Shown here one piece after another: positions 16,273 through 25,224 of a DNA stretch of 43,302 nt. This DNA is from a virus (taxonomy: Duplodnaviria; Caudoviricetes): the IMG/VR virus record IMGVR_UViG_3300044580_000031, positions 1 through 43,302 of that record, one strand, 5' to 3'. Both the position numbers and the translations under genes were made by a program. The notes below the pieces were generated by a model. The model had not been told where the DNA came from. It made no database searches and was given only the letters and a program-made list of their open reading frames with translations. The number at the start of each line of letters is the position of its first letter. Positions within the stretch are counted from its first letter, which is position 1.

Positions 16273-16589
16273 GACGCAGCCCCCTTCGTGTATGACCGCG
16301 GCCTGTGCGCCTGCCGGTTTATATATTCCTCCAGCTCTTCGATGCTCTCCGTAACCGGCCCGTTACATCCCTTCTCCGCCAGCCCCTTCAGACAGGCCAG
16401 CACTCCGCACAAAAGAAGTTTCCTTTCCTCCATACTGTCGTCGGTATCCTGTTGAATAAAGCGCCGCCATTTCTCCAGATCCGCGACGCGCTTATTCAGC
16501 TTCACGACCGCCACGACGTAGGTGATTGCGCCGCCAACCAATGCCGACACAATAACCGTCAGTCCTGTTTTCCAAATAGTCTCCCACAT
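16269..16589 (-). CDS. Membrane protein of the lysis cassette (holin-associated)
   Basis: N-terminal TM helix plus coiled coil and the LACLKGL...CNGPVT motif; stop overlaps the endolysin start. Confidence 0.6.
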   Translation of the reverse strand: MWETIWKTGLTVIVSALVGGAITYVVAVVKLNKRVADLEKWRRFIQQDTDDSMEERKLLLCGVLACLKGLAEKGCNGPVTESIEELEEYINRQAHRPRSYTKGAAS

Positions 16590-16605
16590 GTTACCCGCCG
16601 TCCTC

Positions 16606-16740
16606 CTATTCCGCCGGGCGCTGAAGCTGGATTGCCTGCGCTATCGCCTCCGCGTTTCCGAGCAGCATCAGCAGGGCCGCGTTGTTGGCGGTGTTCCGCA
16701 GGGTCTGCGCCAACAGGAGCATCCGCAGATTCTCGTTCAT
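16606..16740 (-). CDS. Small hypothetical protein (44 aa, MNENLRMLLLAQ...)
   Basis: Fills the operon gap; start overlaps the upstream stop (TGATG). Confidence 0.45.
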   Translation of the reverse strand: MNENLRMLLLAQTLRNTANNAALLMLLGNAEAIAQAIQLQRPAE

Positions 16741-16979
16741 CACAGATCCCCCCATGCCGGCGTGGACGCATTGGAGAGGAACTGCGTCTTGCCGCCCCCT
16801 CCCACGATGGCAATGCTCCCCGGCGCCGGCACCGCCGTCTTCCCGCCGCTCGGCAAGGTAAACTGGTCTGTCGGCAGGTCCGTGATGTCGGTGGTCGCGT
16901 CGCAGAGAAAAATGCAGCGCCGCGTCCCGACCAATTGTTCCTCTACATGGTCAATGTATCCGCAAAACGTGATTCCCAT
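16740..16979 (-). CDS. Small structural-module protein (79 aa)
   Basis: RBS GGGAGGGA; in operon order. Confidence 0.55.
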   Translation of the reverse strand: MGITFCGYIDHVEEQLVGTRRCIFLCDATTDITDLPTDQFTLPSGGKTAVPAPGSIAIVGGGGKTQFLSNASTPAWGDL

Positions 16980-16981
16980 TT

Positions 16982-17644
16982 TTATCCCTCCCAGAAATAA
17001 TGCGCGCAGAATGTCGCGCTGCCCTGTGTGGGCTCGTCCCCCTCCGAAGCCAGCGAAGCGTGGATCTCCTTCGCGCCCGTCAGGAACACCGCCCGCTTCG
17101 TCAATCCCGCCGTCTGCCCGTCGATACTCAGGAGCAGATCGTCGTCGGTGTCCGTCCCGAGCTTTAGGGTGTCGCTCGTCCCGGAATCAAAGGCCTCCGT
17201 TACCTCGCAGGATACGAAGTACAGATACGCGCCCTCCGGCAGCGTTTTGAGATGCACGCTCGTCCCGTCGTATGCGATGCTGCCGAGCTCCCCGCGGAAA
17301 CAGCGCTTCGTCGGCTCGTACCGGTTCGCCAGCCAGCGGCAGAAATCGCTCCGGTCGCTGTTGAACCGCTCCATGGTGTTCGCGTACTTCTTGTATTCGC
17401 CGTTCGCGTAGTCGATCTCGGCGCACAGATAGGATTCGTAGAGCTTATCAAAGGGAGGCGGTACCAGCATCTTCAGGTTCTTGTCCGCGGCGTAGTTGTA
17501 GGTAATGGCCGTCTCGATGGGCATCAGGTAGCAGTCCGTCTGCAGCCGGCCCTCCAAACGGGAGATCCACGCCGTCTTCGCGTCTTCGGAGAACGCGTTT
17601 GGTTTAAGCTCGTCCACCAGGGTAATGAGTTCGTCGATTGTCAT
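16982..17644 (-). CDS. Head-tail adaptor / tail tubular protein A-like
   Basis: MTIDELI...KPN...K..WIS.LEG and LY..YL.AEIDYANGE...Y.N....FN motifs; follows the capsid genes. Confidence 0.6.
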   Translation of the reverse strand: MTIDELITLVDELKPNAFSEDAKTAWISRLEGRLQTDCYLMPIETAITYNYAADKNLKMLVPPPFDKLYESYLCAEIDYANGEYKKYANTMERFNSDRSDFCRWLANRYEPTKRCFRGELGSIAYDGTSVHLKTLPEGAYLYFVSCEVTEAFDSGTSDTLKLGTDTDDDLLLSIDGQTAGLTKRAVFLTGAKEIHASLASEGDEPTQGSATFCAHYFWEG

Positions 17645-17672
17645 GGTCCCGCCTCCCGTCGTGATTCACACA

Positions 17673-17696
17673 GGGAAGGAGGTTTCCCCCCTTCCC
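17673..17696 (-). terminator. Hairpin after the head genes (weak terminator or mRNA stabiliser)
   Basis: GGGAAGGGGG-GAAA-CCTCCTTCCC on the - strand, with a poor U tract. Confidence 0.45.
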
Positions 17697-17702
17697 GTTT
17701 AC

Positions 17703-18083
17703 TTAGTTGAGCGCGATTACCGTGCTCGCGTCCGCCGTGGCGCTCCCCACGACGAGGATTGCCTTGGTCGTGGCGAGCGACGTGCCGGTGTCGTCGGCGA
17801 CGTTCTTGACCGTGAAGGTCTCCGTCCCGTGGTTATAGACGACGGCCATCTGCCCGGCCGCGAGGCCGAGCGTGAACACCTTCCCCGACCCCGTGTTCTT
17901 CAGGGAAATGAAAGGGGCCGCTCTCTCCGTCGCGGACAGCGCGTAGCTGTCCGCCTTCTCGACCGTGCTCTTGCCGACGAGCGTTCCGGATACGTTGCCC
18001 ATCAGGTCCCCCACGAACCCGCCGGTCGCCTTGATGTTGGTCGCCTCCAGGTTTGTGAATACCGTATAGCCTTTGGTTCCCAT
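17703..18083 (-). CDS. Capsid-associated (decoration/fibre-like) protein, 126 aa
   Basis: Directly after the major capsid gene; Gly/Thr-rich; start MGTKGYT. Confidence 0.55.
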   Translation of the reverse strand: MGTKGYTVFTNLEATNIKATGGFVGDLMGNVSGTLVGKSTVEKADSYALSATERAAPFISLKNTGSGKVFTLGLAAGQMAVVYNHGTETFTVKNVADDTGTSLATTKAILVVGSATADASTVIALN

Positions 18084-18097
18084 AACGACACCGCCTC

Positions 18098-19102
18098 TTA
18101 GAGCGACGTCGCGTCCGCGATGCCGCCGCAGGCGAAGGCCCGCCAATCGTGGAAGCCGGCCGTGAAGCGCGCGTAGCCGTCCCAGATGTTGGCCTTGGTC
18201 TTGCGGTCCACATAGGACTCGATCTCCAGGGGCTCGCGGTCCTGCCAGATGGCGCCCTTACACAGCTCGTTGTACACGGGGTCCATCAGGATCCAGGGGT
18301 TGTCCCCCGAATCCACATAGGCGTTCAGGTACGGCCAGACGAGGATGTTCCAGCGCCCGAACTGGTAGTTGAAGGCGTTGTTCGCCGTGATGGGGTCCTT
18401 GCCGGAGCCTACGGCCTCGAAGGCCGCCTTCTTCATGTCCGCCGTGTTGGGAATGATGATGGTCGTCGGGGCCACGGAGAGAATCTTGCCGTTGTCGTCC
18501 GTGAAGTTCTGCATCTTCGTCTCGAGTTCGCCCAGGGTCTCCGGGGTCAGCGCGTCGGCGAACTGGTTGCACTGGCTCGACCCGCCGGTCTTGCTGGTGT
18601 GCGCGGAATCAAACAGGGGCTGCCCGTCCGCCGCGGTGCAGTCGAACACCCACCCGCGGAATGTGAAGGTGGTGGAGGTCCCGTCCAGGGGCGTCGCCAG
18701 AAGGCCCGCCGCAAACTCCTCCAGCGTGCGGTAATAGCTCGCCACGAACGCCTCCGGCTTGGATTTCATGTTCACGATCATGGAGTCCTTGATCATCTCG
18801 CGCGAGATCGCGAAGCTGTCCTGCCAGCGCACGTTCTTCAGGAGCTTGTCATAGGTCTGCTGGAAGCCGTCGATGGGCGGCTCACTGTTTTCCCCGCCGG
18901 GCCTGAAGCCCTCCATGCTGGTCATGCCGGTGTAGCTTTCGCCGAAGTGCGTGCTCTTCACCTGCGTGTAGATCTTTTTGAAGAGGCTCAGCTGCTCGAA
19001 GGCCTCGGCCCTCTTCATGATGACGGCCTGCAGCGGTGCCTGCCAGTTGCCGTACAGGGCGTTGTTCAGGCCGGAGCCCTCGGAAAATATGATGTTGGAC
19101 AT
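18098..19102 (-). CDS. Major capsid protein (HK97 fold, Mu gpT-like)
   Basis: 334 aa; ADGQPLFDSAH, PTTIIIP and RFTAGFHDWR motifs; strong codon bias; follows the scaffold gene. Confidence 0.85.
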   Translation of the reverse strand: MSNIIFSEGSGLNNALYGNWQAPLQAVIMKRAEAFEQLSLFKKIYTQVKSTHFGESYTGMTSMEGFRPGGENSEPPIDGFQQTYDKLLKNVRWQDSFAISREMIKDSMIVNMKSKPEAFVASYYRTLEEFAAGLLATPLDGTSTTFTFRGWVFDCTAADGQPLFDSAHTSKTGGSSQCNQFADALTPETLGELETKMQNFTDDNGKILSVAPTTIIIPNTADMKKAAFEAVGSGKDPITANNAFNYQFGRWNILVWPYLNAYVDSGDNPWILMDPVYNELCKGAIWQDREPLEIESYVDRKTKANIWDGYARFTAGFHDWRAFACGGIADATSL

Positions 19103-19119
19103 GTTCCTTCACTCCTTCC

Positions 19120-19566
19120 TTACGATACGCCCAGGTCGTCCACGGTATCTATGAAGATGCCGCGGCACTTGGCGTTGGCGTCCGTGCTGTCCCAGTCGAT
19201 GGGCTGGAAGACGCCCTTGGTGGTGGTGCCCGTGATGCACTTGCCGTCCGTGTGCAGGGTGTAGCGCTTGTTGTTCGCGATGTCCGTGTCCTGCGCCTGC
19301 AGGTAGGTCTCGAAGACGAGGCCCGGCGTCGCCGCCAGCAGGAAGGGGCGCACGGCGCCGTCGTCCGCCGAGGCGATGGTCTCGGCAAACATCGCGATGT
19401 AGTGGGCGCCCTCGTCGGTGTCCTGCCCGGAACCCGAAGAGACGGGCTCGCACTTGCCGCTTACGATGACGGCAGCCTGGCCGACGGTCCAGGTCGCGTC
19501 GCCCGCGGGCAGCCATACCCACGGCACGGGGCCGTCCGTCGGGTTTTTATACGGAATAAATCCCAT
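19120..19566 (-). CDS. Capsid cement/decoration protein
   Basis: 148 aa, between the scaffold and capsid genes. Confidence 0.55.
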   Translation of the reverse strand: MGFIPYKNPTDGPVPWVWLPAGDATWTVGQAAVIVSGKCEPVSSGSGQDTDEGAHYIAMFAETIASADDGAVRPFLLAATPGLVFETYLQAQDTDIANNKRYTLHTDGKCITGTTTKGVFQPIDWDSTDANAKCRGIFIDTVDDLGVS

Positions 19567-19580
19567 GATAGTTCATCCTT

Positions 19581-20609
19581 TCATTCGGTCTTTTTGGTGT
19601 TCTTCGCGTGCCTTTTCACGTACTCCGTGATCTCCTTCGTGGACATGTCGGGGAACATCGCGCGGAAGCGCTCAATGTCCTCCCTCGTCACGGTCACATC
19701 CCCGTCGCCCGCGCTGTCCGAGCGCTGCAGGTGGTTCTTGGAGGCGGCATTAAAGGCGGCTTGTCTCTCCGCGCCCGCCTCTCTCCCCTGCGTCAGCTTC
19801 TCAAAGCGCAGCAGACGGAAGGCCTGGATGTATGTCAGTTTGTTGTTCACAACAAGGTTCCGGAACTCCTCATAGTCCGGCATCTTCTTGAAGTCCTCGA
19901 TGCTTTGGATCGCGGGATCTATCTTGGAGATCTCCTTGACCTCCGCCTCCGCGGCCAGCCTCGCCTTTTCAAGCTCCGCCTTTTCCGTGGCCGCCTTGAA
20001 GCTCTCGGCCGCCTCCCGCGCCTCCTTGACCTCCGGCAGTTCCTTCACGATGTCCTTCAGCAGCTCCGTGGACAGCCCGCTCTTTTTGAGCGCCTGCTCC
20101 GCCTTCTCGGCGTTCTTCTTGGTCACCGCCTCGTCGTACTCGGCCTTGGTCTTGATGAGTTCCCCCGTAAAGGGGTTTTTGAGGCCCATCGCGGCGACCA
20201 TCCGGTCAAGCTCGGCCTTCGCGTCCTCCTTGGCCTTCGCGACGGCGGCGTCCCGCTCCCGCTCGAACTGTCTGCGGGCCTCCGCGAACTTCTTGTCCGT
20301 CCGCCGGCTCTGCTTCCTCTTGTCCGGGTCTTTGTCTCCGTCTCCGTCCTTGTCCGGGTCCTTGTCCCCGTCCTTATCCTCTCCGGGATCCTCGTCGGGA
20401 TCTTCGTCCTGATCGGCCTTGTCATTGTCCGCTCCGTCCGGATCCCCGGCCGGGTCCCCGGCCTGTCCGCTCTTTTTCCCAGGGCCGGCGTCTCCCTGAT
20501 CTCCGGTCCCTTCGGACCCACCTTTATCCGCAGGGTCGGCGTCCTCCTGCTTTTCTGCCGGCTTCGGGGCCGGCACGCCTAGTGCTTCAAAGTAATATGC
20601 TTCGTCCAT
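19581..20609 (-). CDS. Scaffolding protein
   Basis: Acidic low-complexity N-terminus (DKDPDKDGD repeats) followed by coiled coil; between portal and capsid. Confidence 0.75.
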   Translation of the reverse strand: MDEAYYFEALGVPAPKPAEKQEDADPADKGGSEGTGDQGDAGPGKKSGQAGDPAGDPDGADNDKADQDEDPDEDPGEDKDGDKDPDKDGDGDKDPDKRKQSRRTDKKFAEARRQFERERDAAVAKAKEDAKAELDRMVAAMGLKNPFTGELIKTKAEYDEAVTKKNAEKAEQALKKSGLSTELLKDIVKELPEVKEAREAAESFKAATEKAELEKARLAAEAEVKEISKIDPAIQSIEDFKKMPDYEEFRNLVVNNKLTYIQAFRLLRFEKLTQGREAGAERQAAFNAASKNHLQRSDSAGDGDVTVTREDIERFRAMFPDMSTKEITEYVKRHAKNTKKTE

Positions 20610-20673
20610 ATCGTCCTTTCTGTCCGTCTATCGGACACGCCCGGTCGGGCGCAAAATCAATGATTGTAGCTTC

Positions 20674-20752
20674 GAATGCGGGCAGGGCGGCGTATCCTGC
20701 ATCTCAGGTTCCCTCTCGGGAGCGACGGGAGCCGTTTCCGTCCTCCGCACTC
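20674..20752 (-). ncRNA. Putative 79-nt cloverleaf/four-way-junction RNA (tRNA-like, non-canonical)
   Basis: Closing stem GAGUGCGG/CCGCAUUC encloses GACGG/CCGUC, UCCC-GAGA-GGGA and GCAGG/CCUGC arms; intergenic. Confidence 0.4.
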
Positions 20753-20754
20753 AT

Positions 20755-20790
20755 TTGCCGGTAACTTGCCGGCAACTTGCCGGTAACTTG
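20755..20790. repeat. Tandem 11-bp repeat TTGCCGGYAAC x3
   Basis: ttgccggtaac ttgccggcaac ttgccggtaac ttg. Confidence 0.9.
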
Positions 20791-20814
20791 ATGGGACAGA
20801 AGTGCCGGCGTCTG

Positions 20815-20940
20815 CTATTTCCCCGCCCGCAGGTCCTTGCCCGTCACCACCTGGGCGCCCTTCTGCGTCCCCTGCGGTACCGGCTGCGGCGCCTTGATCT
20901 CCGCCGCGCCCGTGTGCGGCACCTTGTAGTTGTCACCCAT
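20815..20940 (-). CDS. Small protein (41 aa) between portal and scaffold
   Basis: RBS GGAGGTGACGGAGG; MGDNYKVPHTGAAEIKAP...VVTGKDLRAGK. Confidence 0.55.
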   Translation of the reverse strand: MGDNYKVPHTGAAEIKAPQPVPQGTQKGAQVVTGKDLRAGK

Positions 20941-20946
20941 CCTCCG

Positions 20947-22962
20947 TCACCTCCTCTCGGATGGATTTATGGTCGGTTTGTTCTGACTGTTTATGGTCTG
21001 CGCGGTCCGCTCCGCGTCCTGCCGCGCCTGCCTCTGTACCTCATAGGCCTGTTTTTCACGCTCGGCCTCCTCCTGCTGCTTCATGGCCTCCCGCTGCATC
21101 TGCGCGGCCGCCACGGCCGCGGCCTGCTCCTGCTTCTGCTTCTCCTGCAGGTACTTCTTGGTGTCGGAGGCCCCCGGGTAGTGCAGGAAGTCCATCTTCT
21201 CCCAGAAGAGGATCTGCGTTGCCGTCTGCGTGGGGTCTCCGAAAGCCCCCGCCTGATAAAACGCCGTGACCTCCTGCCACATCGCGCTCCGGTTCGACGC
21301 TAAAGGCGCAGACTCATCCACCGCGAACAAGAGCCTATCGTCCCAGTACCAGGCCCCGTTCTTGTCCCGCTTCAGAAAATCGTACCGGCTGAACACGTCG
21401 TACTCCGGCTCCCCCGTGATCCCCTGCCGCACCACGGGCCGCGCCTCGTCCGTGTAGGCTAAGAGGAACTTGAACATCACCTCGAACATCATGGACCAGC
21501 CGGCGGCCTTCGCCACCCGCTTGGAGAGCAGCCGCCCCTCCGCCTGCTGCGCGGAGAACTGCTTCGCGATCCCGCTCTGCGCCGTGGAATCCTTCCGCCC
21601 CTGGAAGCTGTCCGTGATCCCCAACTGCTGCCGCGCCTCTTCGTACACCTCCTGCCGGAAGGCCACCAGCTGGCTGATGTCCGCCGTCATGCTGAGCACC
21701 TGGAACTTCTGCATGTCCGCTATATCGCCCACGCGCCAGGGCTTCATGTCGCCCGCGTCGAGCTTTATGCCCGGATCGTCCGGTATCGCCATATAGCTCC
21801 CGCTCTTGAGGAGAATGTCCAGGATCTTCGCGTTCAGGCGGTTTATGGTGTTCTGCTGGTCGGCTATTCTATCGACGTCCGATTCCCCCAGCAGCTTCCC
21901 ATATACGGAGACGTTCCGCAGGAGGATGACCGGGAACACGTCCGGCTTGTAGAAGGGAATGCGGTTCGGCACCAGCTCCTCCACCCACACGCCGGGCTCC
22001 GATTCCGTGAGCTTCAGCTCCGCCCCCGGCAGCTCCGTCCCGTTCCTCAGCCGCACTGGCAGCCAGATCTCCTCGGCCTCCTCCTCCGTCTCCTCGAAGG
22101 CCTTGCTCCCGCAGTAGGGGCACACGCCCTTCTCCGCTTTCCTGGCGCCTCCGGCGGGGGGAGATCCGTCCAGCGTCGGTTCCGGTAAAACCTCAAAGCC
22201 GTCCGTCCAGAGCTGCCCGCACTTCCTGCACCGCGGCAGTCTCCGCGCCTGGTAGTCCTCCAGGTCGCACAGCTCCTTGTCGTTCACCCAGGAGTAGAGA
22301 CCGATCCCGCCCTTCTTGTTGCGGTGGAACATGATGTTCTGCGTCACCAGGTCCGACACCGTGGTGCTCTCCGCCCCGCGCACCTCCGGCGCCTCCTCCG
22401 GCTCGTCGTACACGTCCACGTGGTATTTCTGCCAGATCTTCTCCTTCGTCTGCGGCAGTTTCACGCAGATGTGCTCCATGTCCTGTATGCCCGTGTACAC
22501 GCCCGCCTGCGGCACAATCTGCTTCGGGTGCAGGGGCGTGAGGCACAGCTCCCCCACGTGCCCCGGCCCGCCGGCCGCGTTGTCCCACTCCACGAGATAA
22601 AAGCCGCCGCCCTGGATGCGCACGATGCGCTCCATGAGGTCGTTATGCGCCTCCACCGTCATCCGGTCGAGCTCGTTGCGGAGCTTGTCCTCCACGATCT
22701 TCGCGAGCTCCTCCTGCGCCTCCGTCTCCGCGGAGACCTTCGGCTGCGGCACGCTGGGATCCACCTGCGCCTCGATGAGCTCGCACACGATGTTCCGGCA
22801 GTAGGGCGTCGTGGTCTTCGGGTCGTCCTCCACGATGGGCTTCAATGAGTGCGCCCCGAAATACAGCGCCTCCCGTCCGTCGAACTGCGATGCCACCGCG
22901 CTCCACGCCGATTCGTCCCGTGTGAGTATCTCCTGCCACCTGGCGAGCTTTTCGTTTGTCAT
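20947..22962 (-). CDS. Portal protein (P22/podovirus-like) with an internal CxxC...CxxC segment
   Basis: Follows TerL with an ATGA overlap; NIVCELIEAQVD, DQQNTIN and LGITDSFQG motifs; Q-rich C-terminal helix. Confidence 0.85.
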   Translation of the reverse strand: MTNEKLARWQEILTRDESAWSAVASQFDGREALYFGAHSLKPIVEDDPKTTTPYCRNIVCELIEAQVDPSVPQPKVSAETEAQEELAKIVEDKLRNELDRMTVEAHNDLMERIVRIQGGGFYLVEWDNAAGGPGHVGELCLTPLHPKQIVPQAGVYTGIQDMEHICVKLPQTKEKIWQKYHVDVYDEPEEAPEVRGAESTTVSDLVTQNIMFHRNKKGGIGLYSWVNDKELCDLEDYQARRLPRCRKCGQLWTDGFEVLPEPTLDGSPPAGGARKAEKGVCPYCGSKAFEETEEEAEEIWLPVRLRNGTELPGAELKLTESEPGVWVEELVPNRIPFYKPDVFPVILLRNVSVYGKLLGESDVDRIADQQNTINRLNAKILDILLKSGSYMAIPDDPGIKLDAGDMKPWRVGDIADMQKFQVLSMTADISQLVAFRQEVYEEARQQLGITDSFQGRKDSTAQSGIAKQFSAQQAEGRLLSKRVAKAAGWSMMFEVMFKFLLAYTDEARPVVRQGITGEPEYDVFSRYDFLKRDKNGAWYWDDRLLFAVDESAPLASNRSAMWQEVTAFYQAGAFGDPTQTATQILFWEKMDFLHYPGASDTKKYLQEKQKQEQAAAVAAAQMQREAMKQQEEAEREKQAYEVQRQARQDAERTAQTINSQNKPTINPSERR

Positions 22963-24482
22963 CTCTCGGGCCTCCCCCACAGCTTGATCATCGTCTCCCG
23001 CTCCCCGGGAGAAGCGTTCTCATAGTCCTCCCACATGGTCTTGCTCCATTTCCGCCGGGCGCTTTCTTCCTCCCGACGGACCGTCACGCTCGTCTTCTGC
23101 TGCGGCCGTATGTAGTGCGCAATCGCGAGCGCCAGGATTGTGTCGTCGTGCGCGCCCGGCTCCGCCTCCGGCCGGAGCTTCTCGTTCCGCACAAAGGTAA
23201 GCATCTCTAAAAGCGTCGTCTCGTCGTTGATGCCTCCGATCCGGTCCCGCACCGCCTGGATGAGGCCGCCGATGATAACCGGCCTTGTCACGCTGTCCGT
23301 CCGGAAGCCGAAGGCGTGCCGGATCTTCCCGGTGTAGTCGTCCTCCACCTCGCGGACAAAGAGCTTTTTATACCCCAAGCGGTGCAGCTCCTTGTTCGGG
23401 TATGTGGAGAAGTTCGATTCAATGCCCAGCAGGGCCTCGTTGTAGTGCAGCCCCAGGCAGTATATCTGCCGGGCGTATACGTCCTCCTCCATCTGGTGCC
23501 TTAATACGGCGACCTGCTCGCCCGTGATGTTATCCAGCACCTGCCCTACAAACCAGTCGCTGCCCTCGCCGGCCGTGTCCCCGCCGATCACATAGGGCCT
23601 GCCTTGCCCCGGCGCCCCGTAGATCTTCACCGGCCCGTTCTTATCCTCGACCCAGCGGATGTTCGTGATCTTCTGCCCGTCGTAATCGTACTCGAAGAGC
23701 CCCTGACTTATAGGCGGCTTGATGGCCTGCAGCCGCTCCGAGACCGCCTTGGCGTTAAACACCGTCTTGCCCGTCACGCCCCACTGGTTCAGGGCGTAGA
23801 CCATGTAGTAATACTCGTCCGTGTCCTTGAAGGACTCCAGCGTATCTATGGCCTCCTGTGTCAGAAAGCGGTTGTCCTTGTAGGTGCTCTCGTGCGTCCG
23901 CGCCCGCGGATCCTTCCGGTCCCAGAAGCGCTTCTTCAGCCAGTGCGTGATGGAGATGGGGTTGAAGGACAATATCATCTGGAGGTAGTAGGGGGAGCTC
24001 GTCCGAAGCCGGATGTCCAGCTGGTTGAAGTCCGCCTCCTCCAGCTCGCTCGCCTCTTCGATCCAGATCCCCGTGATGTCATAGATGGACTTGAGCTTTT
24101 CTACGTTGTCCAGGCCCGAGAACAGCACCTCGCTGCCGTTGCGCAGCTTTAAGTACATGTCCGAGGACTTGCCCTGCGGGATCTTCTCTATCTCATCCGG
24201 ATAGTAGGTGTAGGCCTGGGATTTCAGCTGCTCGAAGCACGATTCCCGCAGCGTCTTGTCCACCTTCCGGCAGACCAGCCAGCGGTGCCCCGGCTCGCTC
24301 GTCACCCGCTCCAGGACCTTCCGGCCGGCGAAAATGCTCTTCCCCGAGCTGCCGCCGCCCCGCAGCACCAGGAAGCGGTGCTCGTCGAAAAACAGGGGCA
24401 TGAAGGTCTCGTTGTTTGTTGCCTTGAGCTCCCGGTACCACAGCGCCGCCGCGAGCTTCCGCTGATCGACTTCCGTCCTCAT
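22959..24482 (-). CDS. terL: Terminase large subunit (PBSX/SPP1-like)
   Basis: GGGSSGKS Walker A, IWIEEASE Walker B, SFNP coupling motif, GGDTAGEG and HDD nuclease motifs. Confidence 0.95.
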   Translation of the reverse strand: MRTEVDQRKLAAALWYRELKATNNETFMPLFFDEHRFLVLRGGGSSGKSIFAGRKVLERVTSEPGHRWLVCRKVDKTLRESCFEQLKSQAYTYYPDEIEKIPQGKSSDMYLKLRNGSEVLFSGLDNVEKLKSIYDITGIWIEEASELEEADFNQLDIRLRTSSPYYLQMILSFNPISITHWLKKRFWDRKDPRARTHESTYKDNRFLTQEAIDTLESFKDTDEYYYMVYALNQWGVTGKTVFNAKAVSERLQAIKPPISQGLFEYDYDGQKITNIRWVEDKNGPVKIYGAPGQGRPYVIGGDTAGEGSDWFVGQVLDNITGEQVAVLRHQMEEDVYARQIYCLGLHYNEALLGIESNFSTYPNKELHRLGYKKLFVREVEDDYTGKIRHAFGFRTDSVTRPVIIGGLIQAVRDRIGGINDETTLLEMLTFVRNEKLRPEAEPGAHDDTILALAIAHYIRPQQKTSVTVRREEESARRKWSKTMWEDYENASPGERETMIKLWGRPER

Positions 24483-25084
24483 CCCTCTCCCAGCGCCCCC
24501 TTGGGGGAGCTGCCGCCTTTTGGCGGCTGAGGGGGTAACGGCTCTTTCTCAGCGGCTTCCTCCTCGTCCCAGTCCCGCGCGATCTCCCTCAGCAGCTCCT
24601 GCTTCTCCGCCATCGTCATCCCCGACGCCATAACAACCTTCGCCGTGTTCGGCCCATAGTCAACCTGATGCTTCTCCGAATACCCGAAATTGTTCTGCAG
24701 GTTGAAGATGATTCCCTTCACGTCCTTGCGCGTCAGCAGCGCCGTTTCCAGATAGGACTGAATTCGCCCCCTCGCCCAGGTTGTCGCGTCGATAAATTCC
24801 GGGTGCTTCTCCTGATCGCAGTAGTCGCTCCAGGTCTGGCGCGATATGCCCAGGTGCCCGCAGAGGCCGCCGATAGTCGGCGGTATCACAAACTCGGTGT
24901 AGCTGATCGGTATCCCCTGATCGTTTAGTATGATCTGCTCGCGGAATATCTTGTGGCCGTCGGAATCCTTCTCGCCCGTGTCGTAGCGTTCCATGGCGAA
25001 TACGGTCCGGCTGTAGGACGCGAAATAGTCCTCTATCCGCTCCCGCAGGCTTTTTGCCGTGTATTTTTTCTTCCGCCCCGCCAC
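24479..25084 (-). CDS. terS: Terminase small subunit (DNA-packaging gp3-like)
   Basis: GRKKKY...IEDYF...PPTIGGLCGHLGISRQTW...GIIFNLQNNFG; directly upstream of terL. Confidence 0.85.
   Translation of the reverse strand: MAGRKKKYTAKSLRERIEDYFASYSRTVFAMERYDTGEKDSDGHKIFREQIILNDQGIPISYTEFVIPPTIGGLCGHLGISRQTWSDYCDQEKHPEFIDATTWARGRIQSYLETALLTRKDVKGIIFNLQNNFGYSEKHQVDYGPNTAKVVMASGMTMAEKQELLREIARDWDEEEAAEKEPLPPQPPKGGSSPKGALGEG
24492..24536 (-). repeat. REP-like double-hairpin element inside the 3' end of terS
   Basis: + strand GCGCCCCCTTGGGGGAGCTG-CCGCCTTTTGGCGG-CTGAGGG; same layout as the other copies. Confidence 0.65.
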
Positions 25085-25152
25085 GCTCTACACCTCCCGA
25101 CAATATCACTCTAACACGTTGACCCCCTTCGTGAACGCCAACTTTTCGCACG

Positions 25153-25177
25153 AAAAAAGGACGCCTTCCAGCGTCCC
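25153..25177 (-). terminator. Intrinsic terminator ending the early/middle operon
   Basis: GGACGC-TGGAAG-GCGTCC-TTTTTT on the - strand. Confidence 0.75.
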
Positions 25178-25224
25178 GCGCACGCGCTCCCCCGCACGCG
25201 CGTTGTCGTGTCAAGAAATTCGTT

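Noticed and set aside
20325-20425. Short DNA repeats (gtccttgtcc-like) as a regulatory array
   Set aside because: Explained by the DKDPDKDGD low-complexity region of the scaffold protein
20674-20752. Canonical tRNA gene
   Set aside because: Lacks the TTCRA loop, a 7-nt anticodon loop, D-loop consensus and CCA; kept only as a tRNA-like structure
20755-20790. CRISPR or mini-array
   Set aside because: Repeats are 11 bp and contiguous with no spacers; no cas genes in the window
1847-25060. Many long + strand and alternate-frame ORFs (e.g. 18149-19264, 19608-20582, 16305-17000, 8214-8825)
   Set aside because: Shadow ORFs of GC-rich, codon-biased - strand genes; no RBS or recognisable motifs
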